64,000 nucleotides of DNA from an uncultured Rhabdochlamydiaceae bacterium (GCA_963712275.1 CAVQHD010000001.1:1728001-1792000); one strand, 5' to 3'. Counted from the stretch's first letter, positions 1 to 10,087 are shown. Made by a program: numbers and translations. The notes: a model not told the origin generated them from the sequence alone.

Positions 1-49
1 AGAGAACAGGTCAATGTGCTACTATAAACCATAAAATTTGGGCAATTCA

Positions 50-586
50 ATGAACAAGACTGAAATTCTAAAATTAGCTCTCGAGTGTAGGCAGGATGAT
101 GGATCTGTAGACATCATCTTGCTGGCTTCAAAAGCCGGCATAGACGTTTATGGGAATGAAGCATCGGATGACTTCAATGCCGAGATTATACACATATCTG
201 CGCAGGACAAATTTGAAATACTCGTCAATACAAACCATCCATTGCATCAACAGCGCTTTTCAATTGCCCATGAATTAGCTCATTTTGTTCTCCATCCGGA
301 AAAAATCAGAGAATACGGCAGTCTAAAAAAAGCAGCCGATCGTTACGACCCAAAATATTTTCCAGAAATAGAAAAAGAAGCGGATGAATTTGGGGAAGAA
401 TTGCTCATACCGGAAAAATTGCTTCGAGATCATTTTCCTGACGTTTTCGAAATGCAACAAAAACTATCATTCCAAAAAATCCAAGAGATTGCCTTAAAAT
501 TTAAAGTCTCTGTTTTGGTCGCTGCAAACCGGCTGAAAAAATTTAGGCCAGACGTCCCTTACATTTCACTTTCATATTCATCATGA
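50..586 (+). CDS. ImmA/IrrE family zinc metallopeptidase (no N-terminal HTH)
   Basis: QRFSIAHELAH (HExxH) and EKEADEFGEELLIP motifs; ATG at 50 preferred over TTG at 38. Confidence 0.85.
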   Translation: MNKTEILKLALECRQDDGSVDIILLASKAGIDVYGNEASDDFNAEIIHISAQDKFEILVNTNHPLHQQRFSIAHELAHFVLHPEKIREYGSLKKAADRYDPKYFPEIEKEADEFGEELLIPEKLLRDHFPDVFEMQQKLSFQKIQEIALKFKVSVLVAANRLKKFRPDVPYISLSYSS

Positions 587-855
587 CGCAAAGATTACCC
601 TTTAAGAGCGATCGAGATTTGGAGAAGGCTAGGAAACATAATAAGTTTATGAGGCAGGAAAATCTCCATGATGCAATTCACGCTTCTCATATACTCGTTG
701 TTAAATATACTCCATTTATCTTCCTACTTTTGTTTATTGCGGATTTGTTTCAACCCTCTTGGCTAAATACGACCTTGATTGATAGATCTGTTTACGCTGT
801 GGGAGGAGCTTTGTTTGGAACTCTATTATCTCGGATCAAAGAACAAACGCTTTGA
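583..855 (+). CDS. Small membrane protein with two hydrophobic segments
   Basis: ATGA overlap with the peptidase stop; hydrophobic runs YTPFIFLLLFIADLF and VYAVGGALFGTLL. Confidence 0.65.
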   Translation: MTQRLPFKSDRDLEKARKHNKFMRQENLHDAIHASHILVVKYTPFIFLLLFIADLFQPSWLNTTLIDRSVYAVGGALFGTLLSRIKEQTL

Positions 856-857
856 TT

Positions 858-2621
858 TTAAACAATTGGACAATCAGGAAGAAAACCCCCGGCCTGCATA
901 TGCCACATGTGAGCATAGTGCCCTTTTTTGCTCAAAAGCTCCAGGTGAGATCCTTGTTCAATGACTTTCCCCTGATCGAAGACCAAAATCCGGTCCATTT
1001 TGGACAGGGTGGATAGGCGATGCGCCACCACAATTGTGGTCCGATTGGCCATCAGTTTTTCTAAACTCTCTTGAATATATTTTTCTGTGACTGAATCAAG
1101 AGCCGACGTCGCTTCATCGAGGATGAGGATCGGAGCTTTTAAAAGCATGACTCTAGCAATGGCAATTCTCTGCTTTTCTCCGCCGGAGAGTTTTGTTCCC
1201 CGCTCTCCGACAAGAGTTTGGTACCCATCAGAACACCTTTTGATGAACTCATCGCAATGAGCCAGTTTTGCAGCTTCAATCACTTCTTTCTGGGAAGCCT
1301 CTACCCGTCCATACCGGATATTGTCCTCAAGAGAGCGGTGGAAAAGAATCGGATCTTGGGGAATAAGCGCGACCTGCTGACGAAGAGATTTTAAGGTCAC
1401 CCGAGCAATATCTTGCCCATCGATCAAAATTTTCCCTTTTTCAAGAGAGAAAAAACGGAGAATCAAATTAACAAAGGTCGATTTCCCTGCACCCGAATAA
1501 CCCACAAGCCCTACTTTTTCTCCAGCGCCGATCTGCAAATTTTTATTCTGAAAAATCTTTTTCTCCCCATAGCAAAAAGAGACATTTTCAAAGACAACTT
1601 CCCCTCGGCTGATGGAAAGGCCTATCGCATGCGGAGGATCGAGGATATCTTGGGGGTCTTGCATGACAGCAAGAGCCTGTTTCGCAATGCCAAGAGATTG
1701 AAAAAATTCAGGGGCTTTATCTGCGATCACCCAAACTACCATGCTTAAATTCAACATCGTATAAAAAAGCTGAACAACCTCCCCTGTAGAAATCTTCCCG
1801 TGCGTCCAATAAAACACGATGAAACAAGTCAGAGTAACAATTTCTACAACAAAGGCAATAGAGAGAGCGGTAAACATCTTCGCAGAGTAGGTTTGCGCCA
1901 GACGGTTTGCTTTTTGTTCTCCTCTTTGATACTGAGTGATATGGTCTTTTTCAAAACGAAATCGAAAGAAGAGATTCACAACGAAGTTATTGGTTAGGCT
2001 ATCGACAACTTTGCCAACAAGCGTACTCCTAGATTCTCCATGGAGATAAGAGTATTTGGTGCATTTTAAAGTGAATATCCAGCTCAGCGTAAAGTGGATT
2101 GCAATCCAAATCCCCACAATGAGCGCAAGGAATCCGTTCATCTGTGAGAAAATAACAATTGCCATAGAGCAGTTTAAGAAAGAGGGGATGAAAAGGATCA
2201 AAACGATTCGGAGCATGCTGCTCGTCGTCAAAACCATATCCCCAATTTTATTCGCCAAACTCCCTGAAAAATGTTCATTGAAATATCTTGGAGAATGCCT
2301 CTGAATGTGATCAAACATCGTCATGCGAATGTCTGCTTCCAGTTTAGGAAAGGCGCGCGCTGTCAGAAAATCTCTTGAGCGAAATGCGCTCTCCATAAAA
2401 ACCCAACCACCTGCACCCCATAGGAGGAGAATTTTTAAAAAGGGCCAGGCGGACAAACGATCGATATCATAGGTTGTCAAAACATCGACGATCTTCCTCA
2501 GAAAAAAGGGCCAAAATAGGATCTCGAACGTCCATGTGAAGGAAAGAAGCAGCACGATGGTAAATATCCACCGCTGCGTCCGTACAAACCTCCAAATAAA
2601 ATCTATTAAGTTTGTTTTCAT
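858..2621 (-). CDS. ABC exporter, fused permease and ATP-binding domains
   Basis: N-terminal TM helices; GYSGAGKS, LSGGEKQR, ILDEATS. Confidence 0.92.
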   Translation of the reverse strand: MKTNLIDFIWRFVRTQRWIFTIVLLLSFTWTFEILFWPFFLRKIVDVLTTYDIDRLSAWPFLKILLLWGAGGWVFMESAFRSRDFLTARAFPKLEADIRMTMFDHIQRHSPRYFNEHFSGSLANKIGDMVLTTSSMLRIVLILFIPSFLNCSMAIVIFSQMNGFLALIVGIWIAIHFTLSWIFTLKCTKYSYLHGESRSTLVGKVVDSLTNNFVVNLFFRFRFEKDHITQYQRGEQKANRLAQTYSAKMFTALSIAFVVEIVTLTCFIVFYWTHGKISTGEVVQLFYTMLNLSMVVWVIADKAPEFFQSLGIAKQALAVMQDPQDILDPPHAIGLSISRGEVVFENVSFCYGEKKIFQNKNLQIGAGEKVGLVGYSGAGKSTFVNLILRFFSLEKGKILIDGQDIARVTLKSLRQQVALIPQDPILFHRSLEDNIRYGRVEASQKEVIEAAKLAHCDEFIKRCSDGYQTLVGERGTKLSGGEKQRIAIARVMLLKAPILILDEATSALDSVTEKYIQESLEKLMANRTTIVVAHRLSTLSKMDRILVFDQGKVIEQGSHLELLSKKGHYAHMWHMQAGGFLPDCPIV

Positions 2622-4042
2622 AGGTTGGCAATATCAATCATACGGTAAAAATAACGGCTGCTCAAGAGGGCATCGGAGACTGGGCCCAGATAAAACAGGA
2701 CCGGCGAGATCCCAAAGCCTTTTGGAAGTGAGAGAGCGGCTATTTTGGTTTTCATGTCATCGATGATTTCGAGACCTAGCTCACGACGGCGCATTTTAAC
2801 TTCGCAGACAAAAAGCGTGTTTGAGTGCATTTGAATTAGGTAATCAATTTGACACCCTTTTTTTCGACCCGAGGCTTTTTGGACATACGGATTATCCATG
2901 GCAATATCTTGGGCATGTATTCCAAGCGCCCGATAAATAAGAGGCCTATTTTTTAGTAGAAGATTTTCAAGTTGGAACCCAAGCATCGGCTCCCATCCAG
3001 GCAAGCTGGAAAGCGGCACTTCTAAAAATGCCCCTTGCTCAATTTTTGCAAGGTTAGGTTCGATATAATGGATATAGAAACGAAGGTAGTTGTCAGAAAG
3101 GCGGTATAGAATTGATTTTCCAGCTTTGCCCGTTTTTAAAGACCAATTAGGGTGCTTACTCACAAATCCGCAGATTTCAAGGGCCTTAAGGTGCTGACTC
3201 AAAGTACCGCTTGAAGAATAAGCGATTTTCTTTTGAAGCGCTCTTCGATTCTTCATTCCTTGACTTAGAGCTGTAATGATCTTCTTGTAGACTTCTCCTC
3301 TTGAGCTGAAAAGATCGTTAAAAATCCGGTCAAACTCATGAACTAGAAGGCCGTTTTTCTCAAAACAGAGCCGTTTAATGTTCTCATCAGCGCTTTGGTG
3401 CGCTTGTATCTGCTCTAGATACCAAGGCACTCCACCAGTGACGCTCAGAATTTTAAAAAAATCGAGATCTGATCCTTTAAACCCCTGAAGGTTCAATAGC
3501 TCTTTACTTTGAGGAATGGATAGCTCCGCGAGTTCCAGATAAAGGGAAACCCGTCCAAAAAAAGCTGTGCTGTTGATGATATTTTTATCGACCCAGGTTG
3601 AAATGGAGCTGCATAAAATAAGGACGATAGAGGGGTGGTTTTGCAAGACAAGATCCCACCAATTTTTTAATTTGGATGTGAAAGTAGGGTCTTTCGAGCC
3701 CATCCACGAAACCTCATCAAAAAGAACGACCGTCGGTTGCTTTGTCAGATATCTTGAAAGGTGGGCAAAAGCATCGCTCCAATCGACAAAAGTAAGAGGA
3801 GGAAGATGGAATAAAGCCGTTAATTGACGTGCAAAAGCGTCACGCTGATCTTGAGCTGTGACTCCTTTAACTGGAGCAAGTCCGCTGAAGGGCAAGAACA
3901 GTTTATCTTTTCCAAACTCTTCAACAAGACGACTTTTTCCTATCCGGCGGCGCCCCTTAATGACCACCAAACAGGCCCGACCCGATTGAGAAAGATCCTT
4001 GAGTCTTTGCAGCTCTTGATCTCTTCCAACAAATGGCTTCAT
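2618..4042 (-). CDS. AAA+ ATPase, archaeal-ATPase/DUF234 type, with wHTH and C-terminal PD-(D/E)XK-like domain
   Basis: FVGRDQEL, GRRRIGKS Walker A, VLFDEV Walker B, TGGVPWYL, C-terminal QID...CEVK. Confidence 0.85.
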   Translation of the reverse strand: MKPFVGRDQELQRLKDLSQSGRACLVVIKGRRRIGKSRLVEEFGKDKLFLPFSGLAPVKGVTAQDQRDAFARQLTALFHLPPLTFVDWSDAFAHLSRYLTKQPTVVLFDEVSWMGSKDPTFTSKLKNWWDLVLQNHPSIVLILCSSISTWVDKNIINSTAFFGRVSLYLELAELSIPQSKELLNLQGFKGSDLDFFKILSVTGGVPWYLEQIQAHQSADENIKRLCFEKNGLLVHEFDRIFNDLFSSRGEVYKKIITALSQGMKNRRALQKKIAYSSSGTLSQHLKALEICGFVSKHPNWSLKTGKAGKSILYRLSDNYLRFYIHYIEPNLAKIEQGAFLEVPLSSLPGWEPMLGFQLENLLLKNRPLIYRALGIHAQDIAMDNPYVQKASGRKKGCQIDYLIQMHSNTLFVCEVKMRRRELGLEIIDDMKTKIAALSLPKGFGISPVLFYLGPVSDALLSSRYFYRMIDIANL

Positions 4043-4048
4043 GTGACC

Positions 4049-4077
4049 ATACTAATTGAGCAGGATGTTGATGTCAA
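4049..4077 (-). promoter_or_regulatory. Sigma70-type promoter of the AAA+ ATPase gene
   Basis: TTGACA-17 nt-TAGTAT, ending 6 nt before the ATG at 4042. Confidence 0.65.
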
Positions 4078-4078
4078 C

Positions 4079-4122
4079 TGATTATGCTCAAAACTAACAT
4101 TTGTCAGTTTTGAGCATAATCA
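4079..4122. repeat. Perfect 17-bp inverted repeat (operator or terminator)
   Basis: TGATTATGCTCAAAACT-10 nt-AGTTTTGAGCATAATCA. Confidence 0.8.
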
Positions 4123-4160
4123 AATCATAACCTGTTTGTTTTAAGCTAGATATAATCTTA

Positions 4161-5033
4161 TTAAATTGTGAAGACACGGCGTAATTCGCGCACAAATTGA
4201 TCAAACCGCTCTTGCAAATGTTTGCCAGTATGTCGATAAATTGCAAGAACACGGTATTGAGATGCGGCCGGCTGCCATAGAACGGGGTTTAGATTTAATT
4301 TCTTCGCTAGAAAATCCGGCAAAAACCCTATTTCTTTGGACTCAGAGCAGATATTGGCAATGAGCGACCAACTTGGGATACGGGATTTGACGGGCAGGGG
4401 GTATCCATGAACCTGCTGCCAACTTTGCTGCAACGATAAAACTTCCATTTGATCTTCAGGCAGTAAAACCGGTTTTAAGGGGGCATCTTTATCACTGGAA
4501 TAAAGTTGAAAATGACCTTTTCCAACTTCGGCAGCAATGACCCCTTTCCAAGGCGCATTGTCAAGAACAAGAGCAATATCGGCCTCATCATGCAAAATGG
4601 CTGCATAGGCGTGGTCAGGCCGCATGTGTTTAAAGTCAATATGATCAATGGAAAGAAGCGCCGGCACTGCAATTTGTGCAATGGCGTGAGTTGTGACAAG
4701 ACGCATCGGTATCTGATCTTTTGAAATAATCAAATCTCGCAGCTGTTTGACCCAATTTTCCAGCCTGGGGAAGAGAATTTGTCCTTCTCGAGTCAGCCGA
4801 AATTGCCGCTTTTCGTGAGTGCATAGCGGCAGGCCAAAAGCGGCTTCCACCCGTTGAATCGCTGTACTTGTCGCGCTTTGGCTTAAGTGATGGAATAAAG
4901 CCGATTTCCCAAGGTTTTTCATATGAGCTGCTGTAATAAATAATTCGACATCAGCAACACGTAAATTTTTTAATGAACTCTCAAGTTTCTGCAATAAGAC
5001 TTCCTCGGGCAGTAGAGTGGGTAATTCTTTCAC
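4161..5033 (-). CDS. LysR family transcriptional regulator
   Basis: N-terminal HTH LSQSATSTAIQRVEAAFGLPL...LTREG; ~290 aa; divergent from transporter genes. Confidence 0.85.
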   Translation of the reverse strand: MKELPTLLPEEVLLQKLESSLKNLRVADVELFITAAHMKNLGKSALFHHLSQSATSTAIQRVEAAFGLPLCTHEKRQFRLTREGQILFPRLENWVKQLRDLIISKDQIPMRLVTTHAIAQIAVPALLSIDHIDFKHMRPDHAYAAILHDEADIALVLDNAPWKGVIAAEVGKGHFQLYSSDKDAPLKPVLLPEDQMEVLSLQQSWQQVHGYPLPVKSRIPSWSLIANICSESKEIGFLPDFLAKKLNLNPVLWQPAASQYRVLAIYRHTGKHLQERFDQFVRELRRVFTI

Positions 5034-5048
5034 AAAAAACTCCTGAGA

Positions 5049-5075
5049 TTCAAATCGATTTTTTCGATATTTGAA
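5049..5075. promoter_or_regulatory. LysR-type T-N11-A dyad site
   Basis: ATCGA-N5-TCGAT (5054-5068) within TTCAAAT...ATTTGAA, in the divergent intergenic region. Confidence 0.6.
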
Positions 5076-5146
5076 ATCGAATATATCAACAGCACAAATA
5101 AAAACAAAGAGGCTATCCTGACCTTTTTGTTAAAGGAGTCAGATTT

Positions 5147-6553
5147 ATGGATAATAGAAGCGGTATATTACGATTTTTTCAATCGATCTGTCGATTTAAT
5201 TTCGGAGAGTTCGAAGCAGAGGAGTTTAAAAAATTTCTTAAAATGGGCGCTATTTTTGCCTTGATGATCGGTGTTTATTGGACATTACGCCCTCTTAAAG
5301 ATGCCGTTTTTATCCAACTTGTAGATAAGCTGCAGCTCCCTTTTGCAAAAACAATTTCGGTCATCGCCCTTTTGCCGCTAGTCATGTTCTACACGAGGCT
5401 TCTTGAAAAAACTTCGAGAGAAAAAATGCTTGTCATTTTACCCATTTTCTATGGAACAGCGGTTTTTATTTTCGGTTTACTGATGCTTGGATTTCAAGCC
5501 CCTGCCGAAGAGATTGCAGGCCGCCCTTTCTTTTTTCTCGCCGCTACCAAAGCCATTGGATATCTGTTTTACGTCTTCGTAGAAAGTTTTGGCTCCCTCG
5601 TGATTGCCCTCTTTTGGGCGTTTGCCACTGATACCACAAGCGCAACTCCAGCTAAAAAGGGCTTCCCCCTTGTCGTTGCAATTGGTCAAATGGGAGGAAT
5701 CATTTTCCCCTACAGCATCGGAGGCTTGCCGCACCGATTCGGACTCTCTACAGATGCGCTATCGATGCTGTTTTTAGGAGGGTTAACATTACTCATCGTT
5801 CCTATGGTACGGTATTTTTTGCAATCGACCCCAAGCCATCTATTAACATCTTTTCATGGGAACAATGAGGCCGCGAAGGAACGCAAGCAAGAGCCTGGGT
5901 TTTTAGAAGGGCTTAAATTGCTTCTAAAAAATCGGTACCTCCTTGGTATTTTTGCTGCAAATTTCATCTATGAAGTTGTTGTCACGATTTTTGATTTTAA
6001 CTTCAAAATATCGGCGGGCGCTGAGTATTCAGGGGTTGCTCTAAGCAATTATTTAAGCATTTATGCTTCAAGCGTAAATATTGTCTCTTTACTCTGTTTA
6101 CTCCTTGGGATTAGCAATATAACCCGCTTTCTTGGGGTGGGTGTGGCCTTAGCGGCAATGCCTGTCGTCGTTGGATGCGCCCTTCTAGGGTTTTTAAGTT
6201 TGAATTCTCTCACCTTTCTCTTTGCTCTTATGGTGGGCTCAAAAGCCATTAATTATGCGCTTAATGGCCCAGCTCTTAAACAACTCTACATCCCAACAAC
6301 TCCCGACGTGAAATTTAAAGCACAAGCCTGGATAGAGACCTTCGGCTCCCGATCCTCAAAGCAGGCGGGATCGATCTTCAACATGTCCCTTGCTCCTCTC
6401 CAAACAGCCTTTGGAACGCTTGCCGGCAAGTCTCATTATCTGATGCTCAGCGGAGTCTTGTGCTTCCCTTTACTGGCGGTGTGGCTGATCATTGCCATTT
6501 TTCTGGGAAAATCTTTCCGAAAAGCCATCCACGGGAACACTGTGGTTTGCTAG
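5147..6553 (+). CDS. NTT/TLC (Npt1/Npt2-like) nucleotide transporter
   Basis: ~12 TM; YWTLRPLKD, LFWAFA, YALNGPALKQLYIP, KFKAQAWIETFGSR motifs. Confidence 0.85.
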   Translation: MDNRSGILRFFQSICRFNFGEFEAEEFKKFLKMGAIFALMIGVYWTLRPLKDAVFIQLVDKLQLPFAKTISVIALLPLVMFYTRLLEKTSREKMLVILPIFYGTAVFIFGLLMLGFQAPAEEIAGRPFFFLAATKAIGYLFYVFVESFGSLVIALFWAFATDTTSATPAKKGFPLVVAIGQMGGIIFPYSIGGLPHRFGLSTDALSMLFLGGLTLLIVPMVRYFLQSTPSHLLTSFHGNNEAAKERKQEPGFLEGLKLLLKNRYLLGIFAANFIYEVVVTIFDFNFKISAGAEYSGVALSNYLSIYASSVNIVSLLCLLLGISNITRFLGVGVALAAMPVVVGCALLGFLSLNSLTFLFALMVGSKAINYALNGPALKQLYIPTTPDVKFKAQAWIETFGSRSSKQAGSIFNMSLAPLQTAFGTLAGKSHYLMLSGVLCFPLLAVWLIIAIFLGKSFRKAIHGNTVVC

Positions 6554-6648
6554 AAAATCACACTCTAATATTGTTAAACAATTTTTTAAAGTGAAAAAAA
6601 CTATCCAACATCTTGATGGGGATGTTAGAATTCCCTGCTGAGGGTTTG

Positions 6649-8067
6649 ATGTTCAAAGAGCTATTAACGAACCGACGTTTTCGACTGTTATTTTCTTTGA
6701 TGTTTGGCATTGTCTGCCTGTTGAATGTCAATTATGCCCTTCTTCGGAGCGTACGGAGCGCAATTGTTGTCACAGACCTCGGAAAAGGGGCGGGGGTTAT
6801 TCCGATTTTTGAGCTGTGCGGAACGATGCCGGGCGCTATTTTGATGGTCTACCTCTTGACCCGGCTCCTCAATCGATTTTCGATTCATAAGGTTTTTCTC
6901 ATCACCTTGACCTTTTTCTCCGGCTTTTTTCTCTTTTTCGCAGTGGGCATTCACCCTTCTCTTCATCTTTGGACAGCAACACTTCGAGAGTGGACATGGC
7001 TTCCAGGGCATGACACACTTGCCATGCTGCTTCCTCAAGGATTTTCGATGCTATTCTTTATCATGGCAGAGCTCTGGAAAATCGCCTTATTGACAGTCCT
7101 TTTTTGGGGGCTTGTAAATCAATACATTCCCCTCACGGATGCAAAAAAGTTTTACGCCCCTTTGATGCTAGGGGGAAGCATTGGAACGGTGATTGCCGGT
7201 CTTGTGAACTCTTTTTGCACATCGACATTTGCTTCAGCAGGATCGTGGTCCCAATCCCTCATTCTCATGATGCTCACCCTCACCCTTTTGGGAGGCATTA
7301 CAGCTTGGCTCTATACCAAGCTATGGGATCAGTTTGCAGACTCTAAGATAGAAGAGCCTGAAGTCAAAGATCATTCGCTATCGATGTGGGACAGCGTTCG
7401 GCTCTGCTGCAGCTCGAGATACCTTCTTCTTCTTGCTTGGATTACGATTGTTGACTATATCGCCTATGCCCTAGGAGAGGTGATTTTTTTCGATGTCTTG
7501 AAGCAAAAATTTCCCGACCCAAGAGAATATTCTTATTACATGGGGCAGCTCAATCTTTGGAGCGGCCTTCTAACCGCCTTTAGCGCGCTTGTTGTGACGC
7601 CCTATTTAATCCGAAAATGCAGGTGGGTTGTCGCCTCTCTGATCACCCCTGTTTGCCTTCTCTTGACAGAAGGTGCTTTTTTTATCTTTCTGTGGAACCC
7701 TTCCACAAGCGGGAAAATCGAGCTTCTTATCTTTCTTGGGACTCTTTTCTTCTGCCTTGTACGGGCCGCAAAATATACTCTTTTTGATACGTCCAAGGAG
7801 ATCTCATTCCTCCTCCTCCCCCCTTTGGAAAAAATGCAAGGGAAGCTCATTATCGACGGCATCTGCTCTCGGGTCGGGCGCGGAGCTGCTTCCCTCCTCA
7901 GCATCGCGCTGATTCAACTCTGCGGAGGGGTGATTGCAAGCGCCTTTGCCGCTGGCTGGATTGTGCTTGGCATCGGAGCCAGCTGTGTTGTCTCGACCTT
8001 CCAGCTTGGCCGCCTCGTGGATAAGCAATCTGCCCCCAAGCGCAAGCTGAGTCCTGCCGAACTGTAA
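6649..8067 (+). CDS. NTT/TLC family nucleotide transporter
   Basis: NYALLRSVR, AELW..LFWGLVNQ..AKKFY, KYTLFDTSKE, GKLIIDGICSRVG; start uncertain (6613-6649). Confidence 0.85.
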   Translation: MFKELLTNRRFRLLFSLMFGIVCLLNVNYALLRSVRSAIVVTDLGKGAGVIPIFELCGTMPGAILMVYLLTRLLNRFSIHKVFLITLTFFSGFFLFFAVGIHPSLHLWTATLREWTWLPGHDTLAMLLPQGFSMLFFIMAELWKIALLTVLFWGLVNQYIPLTDAKKFYAPLMLGGSIGTVIAGLVNSFCTSTFASAGSWSQSLILMMLTLTLLGGITAWLYTKLWDQFADSKIEEPEVKDHSLSMWDSVRLCCSSRYLLLLAWITIVDYIAYALGEVIFFDVLKQKFPDPREYSYYMGQLNLWSGLLTAFSALVVTPYLIRKCRWVVASLITPVCLLLTEGAFFIFLWNPSTSGKIELLIFLGTLFFCLVRAAKYTLFDTSKEISFLLLPPLEKMQGKLIIDGICSRVGRGAASLLSIALIQLCGGVIASAFAAGWIVLGIGASCVVSTFQLGRLVDKQSAPKRKLSPAEL

Positions 8068-8108
8068 ACTGTACTATACTCCGAAAAGTGTTATGTGTAG
8101 TTGACAGT

Positions 8109-9854
8109 TTACTTATAAACGACTTTTTTCTGGGGATCAAGGGTGACGGCTTGCCCTTCCTTAAGAGAGCTGAAAGCTCCGTCGGCGCGAACGACAATGG
8201 GGATATCTAATGCTTTCGCCAGTTGAAGGGCCTCTTTTTCAGACTCTTTATCTTCGGGATGGTTTTGAAGGACAATGCCGATGGCATGGCTCAAAACTGT
8301 TTGGTAAGAAGAATCGCATTGCGTAATGACAACGATCTTCCCCTGAACATCCTCCACTTCAAGCTGGTGGGGCGAATGGATCAAAACCACTTGCCCGTGA
8401 ATTTGCTTTCCCATTCCTTTTCGGGCCCGGACAACGACATCTCCGATGCTTTCAACAATGAGCGTATTCGTCGTCCCTTTAATCCAAAAAGGAGAGCCTG
8501 TTGTGATCACTACAAGATCCCCTTGCTGCAGGAGCTTTTGATCAAGAGCAAAGGAGGAGGTGAGCGCAATCGCCTCCTGCAGAGTGAGCGCAGAGGGCGC
8601 TTTAACAGGGATCACACCCCATTCCAATGCAAGCTGAGAGTACGCCTTCTCATTGGGTGTAAAGGCAATCACAGGCATCTGGGGCCGAAACCGTGAAATT
8701 AAGCGAGCTGTGGCGCCGCTGCTGGTAAACACAAAAATGGCTTTTGCCTCAGCTGTGTAGGCGGTTTGAACGGCAGCCGCAGCAACAGAGGTCGCCACAT
8801 CAGAAAATCCAAAGGCAACGCTTTGTTCGTAAAAATCGCGATACGAAAAATCGAGCTCCGATTGCCGAATGACCCGTTTCATCATTTTAACCGTTTCAAT
8901 CGGATACTTACCCACCGCCGTCTCTCCTGATAGCATCACAGCAGAGGCGCTATCATAAATCGCATTTGCCACATCAGACACCTCAGCTCGGGTCGGCCGA
9001 GGATTTTGAATCATCGATTCTAACATTTGCGTTGCGATAACGACCGGCTTACAGACCTGGCTGCACTTGCGGATCATCATCTTCTGAAGCGAGGGGACCT
9101 CTTCAATCGGAAGTTCAACCCCAAGATCTCCCCTGGCAACCATAATCCCATGCGCGACTTGCAAAATGGAGTCAAAGTTTTTAACCCCCTCGCCGCTCTC
9201 GATTTTTGCCATGACTAAAACATCTGATTTTCCCTTCGAAGCGAGCAGTTTTTGAATTTCAAAAACGTGGTCGGCCGATCGAATAAAAGAGGCTGCAATC
9301 CAGTCGACATCTTGCTCGCACGCAAAGATTAAATCTTTCACATCTTGGGTTGTCATCGCAGGAAGCTTCACCTGAGCCTCTGGAAGCGTGACGCTTTTAT
9401 GCGTTTTGAGAATGCCGGGATTTAAAATTTCAATCTCCGCACCATTCCCCGTCATTGAGACGACTTTTGCCTGAATATACCCGTCATCAAACAAAAGAGT
9501 CATCCCAGGCGCCATCGACTCAAAAACCTCAGGGGGAGAAAGGGCGATTTGACCCGGCGCCTCGACTTTACGCACAAGCTGAAGGCGTGTCCCTGCTTCA
9601 ACAGCAAGGCCGCTGCCAGCTACGTCCCCAAGCCGAATCTCAGGCCCTTTCGTATCGAGCATAATCGCTAAGGGAGCTTGCCTTGCCAGGCGCGCTTTTT
9701 TCAGCCGCTCAATCACTTGAGCATGTTCTTCATGGGTTCCATGACTTAAGTTGATTCTAGCCACGTTCATCCCCGCGTCCATCAGCTGAAGGATCAGCTC
9801 ATAGGAGGAAACCGCAGGCCCCATCGTGCAAATCATTTTTGTCCGGCTCATCAT
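8109..9854 (-). CDS. pyk: Pyruvate kinase with C-terminal PEP-utiliser-like extension
   Basis: RTKMICTMGPA, ARINLSHG, LDTKGPEIR, IMVARGDLG, ATQMLESM; start at 9854 follows a TTGCAA-17-TATCAT promoter. Confidence 0.96.
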   Translation of the reverse strand: MMSRTKMICTMGPAVSSYELILQLMDAGMNVARINLSHGTHEEHAQVIERLKKARLARQAPLAIMLDTKGPEIRLGDVAGSGLAVEAGTRLQLVRKVEAPGQIALSPPEVFESMAPGMTLLFDDGYIQAKVVSMTGNGAEIEILNPGILKTHKSVTLPEAQVKLPAMTTQDVKDLIFACEQDVDWIAASFIRSADHVFEIQKLLASKGKSDVLVMAKIESGEGVKNFDSILQVAHGIMVARGDLGVELPIEEVPSLQKMMIRKCSQVCKPVVIATQMLESMIQNPRPTRAEVSDVANAIYDSASAVMLSGETAVGKYPIETVKMMKRVIRQSELDFSYRDFYEQSVAFGFSDVATSVAAAAVQTAYTAEAKAIFVFTSSGATARLISRFRPQMPVIAFTPNEKAYSQLALEWGVIPVKAPSALTLQEAIALTSSFALDQKLLQQGDLVVITTGSPFWIKGTTNTLIVESIGDVVVRARKGMGKQIHGQVVLIHSPHQLEVEDVQGKIVVITQCDSSYQTVLSHAIGIVLQNHPEDKESEKEALQLAKALDIPIVVRADGAFSSLKEGQAVTLDPQKKVVYK

Positions 9855-9911
9855 GAGGCTGATGATAAAATGTTTAACAACCGATTGCAAGACCTGACTT
9901 TTCGGCACAGG

Positions 9912-9941
9912 ACTACGAAAAAGTCGTGACTTTTTCGTAGT
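9912..9941. repeat. 14-bp perfect palindrome upstream of the pyk promoter
   Basis: ACTACGAAAAAGTC-GT-GACTTTTTCGTAGT. Confidence 0.75.
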
Positions 9942-10087
9942 TGCCTTCATTTTGGTCGGAGTTAACTTGTAGAAAAAGAATCGCTTAAGGAGTTCTCTGG
10001 AAAAATAATCAACCTTTGATGAATCGGGAATACTCCACTTTGTAGCTCTGCAACGAAAAATTTATGTTGAAAAATAAATTATTAATA

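Noticed and set aside
9855..9950. N-terminal extension of pyruvate kinase in the ORF track
   Set aside because: It covers the predicted promoter and a palindrome; homology starts at MMSRTK
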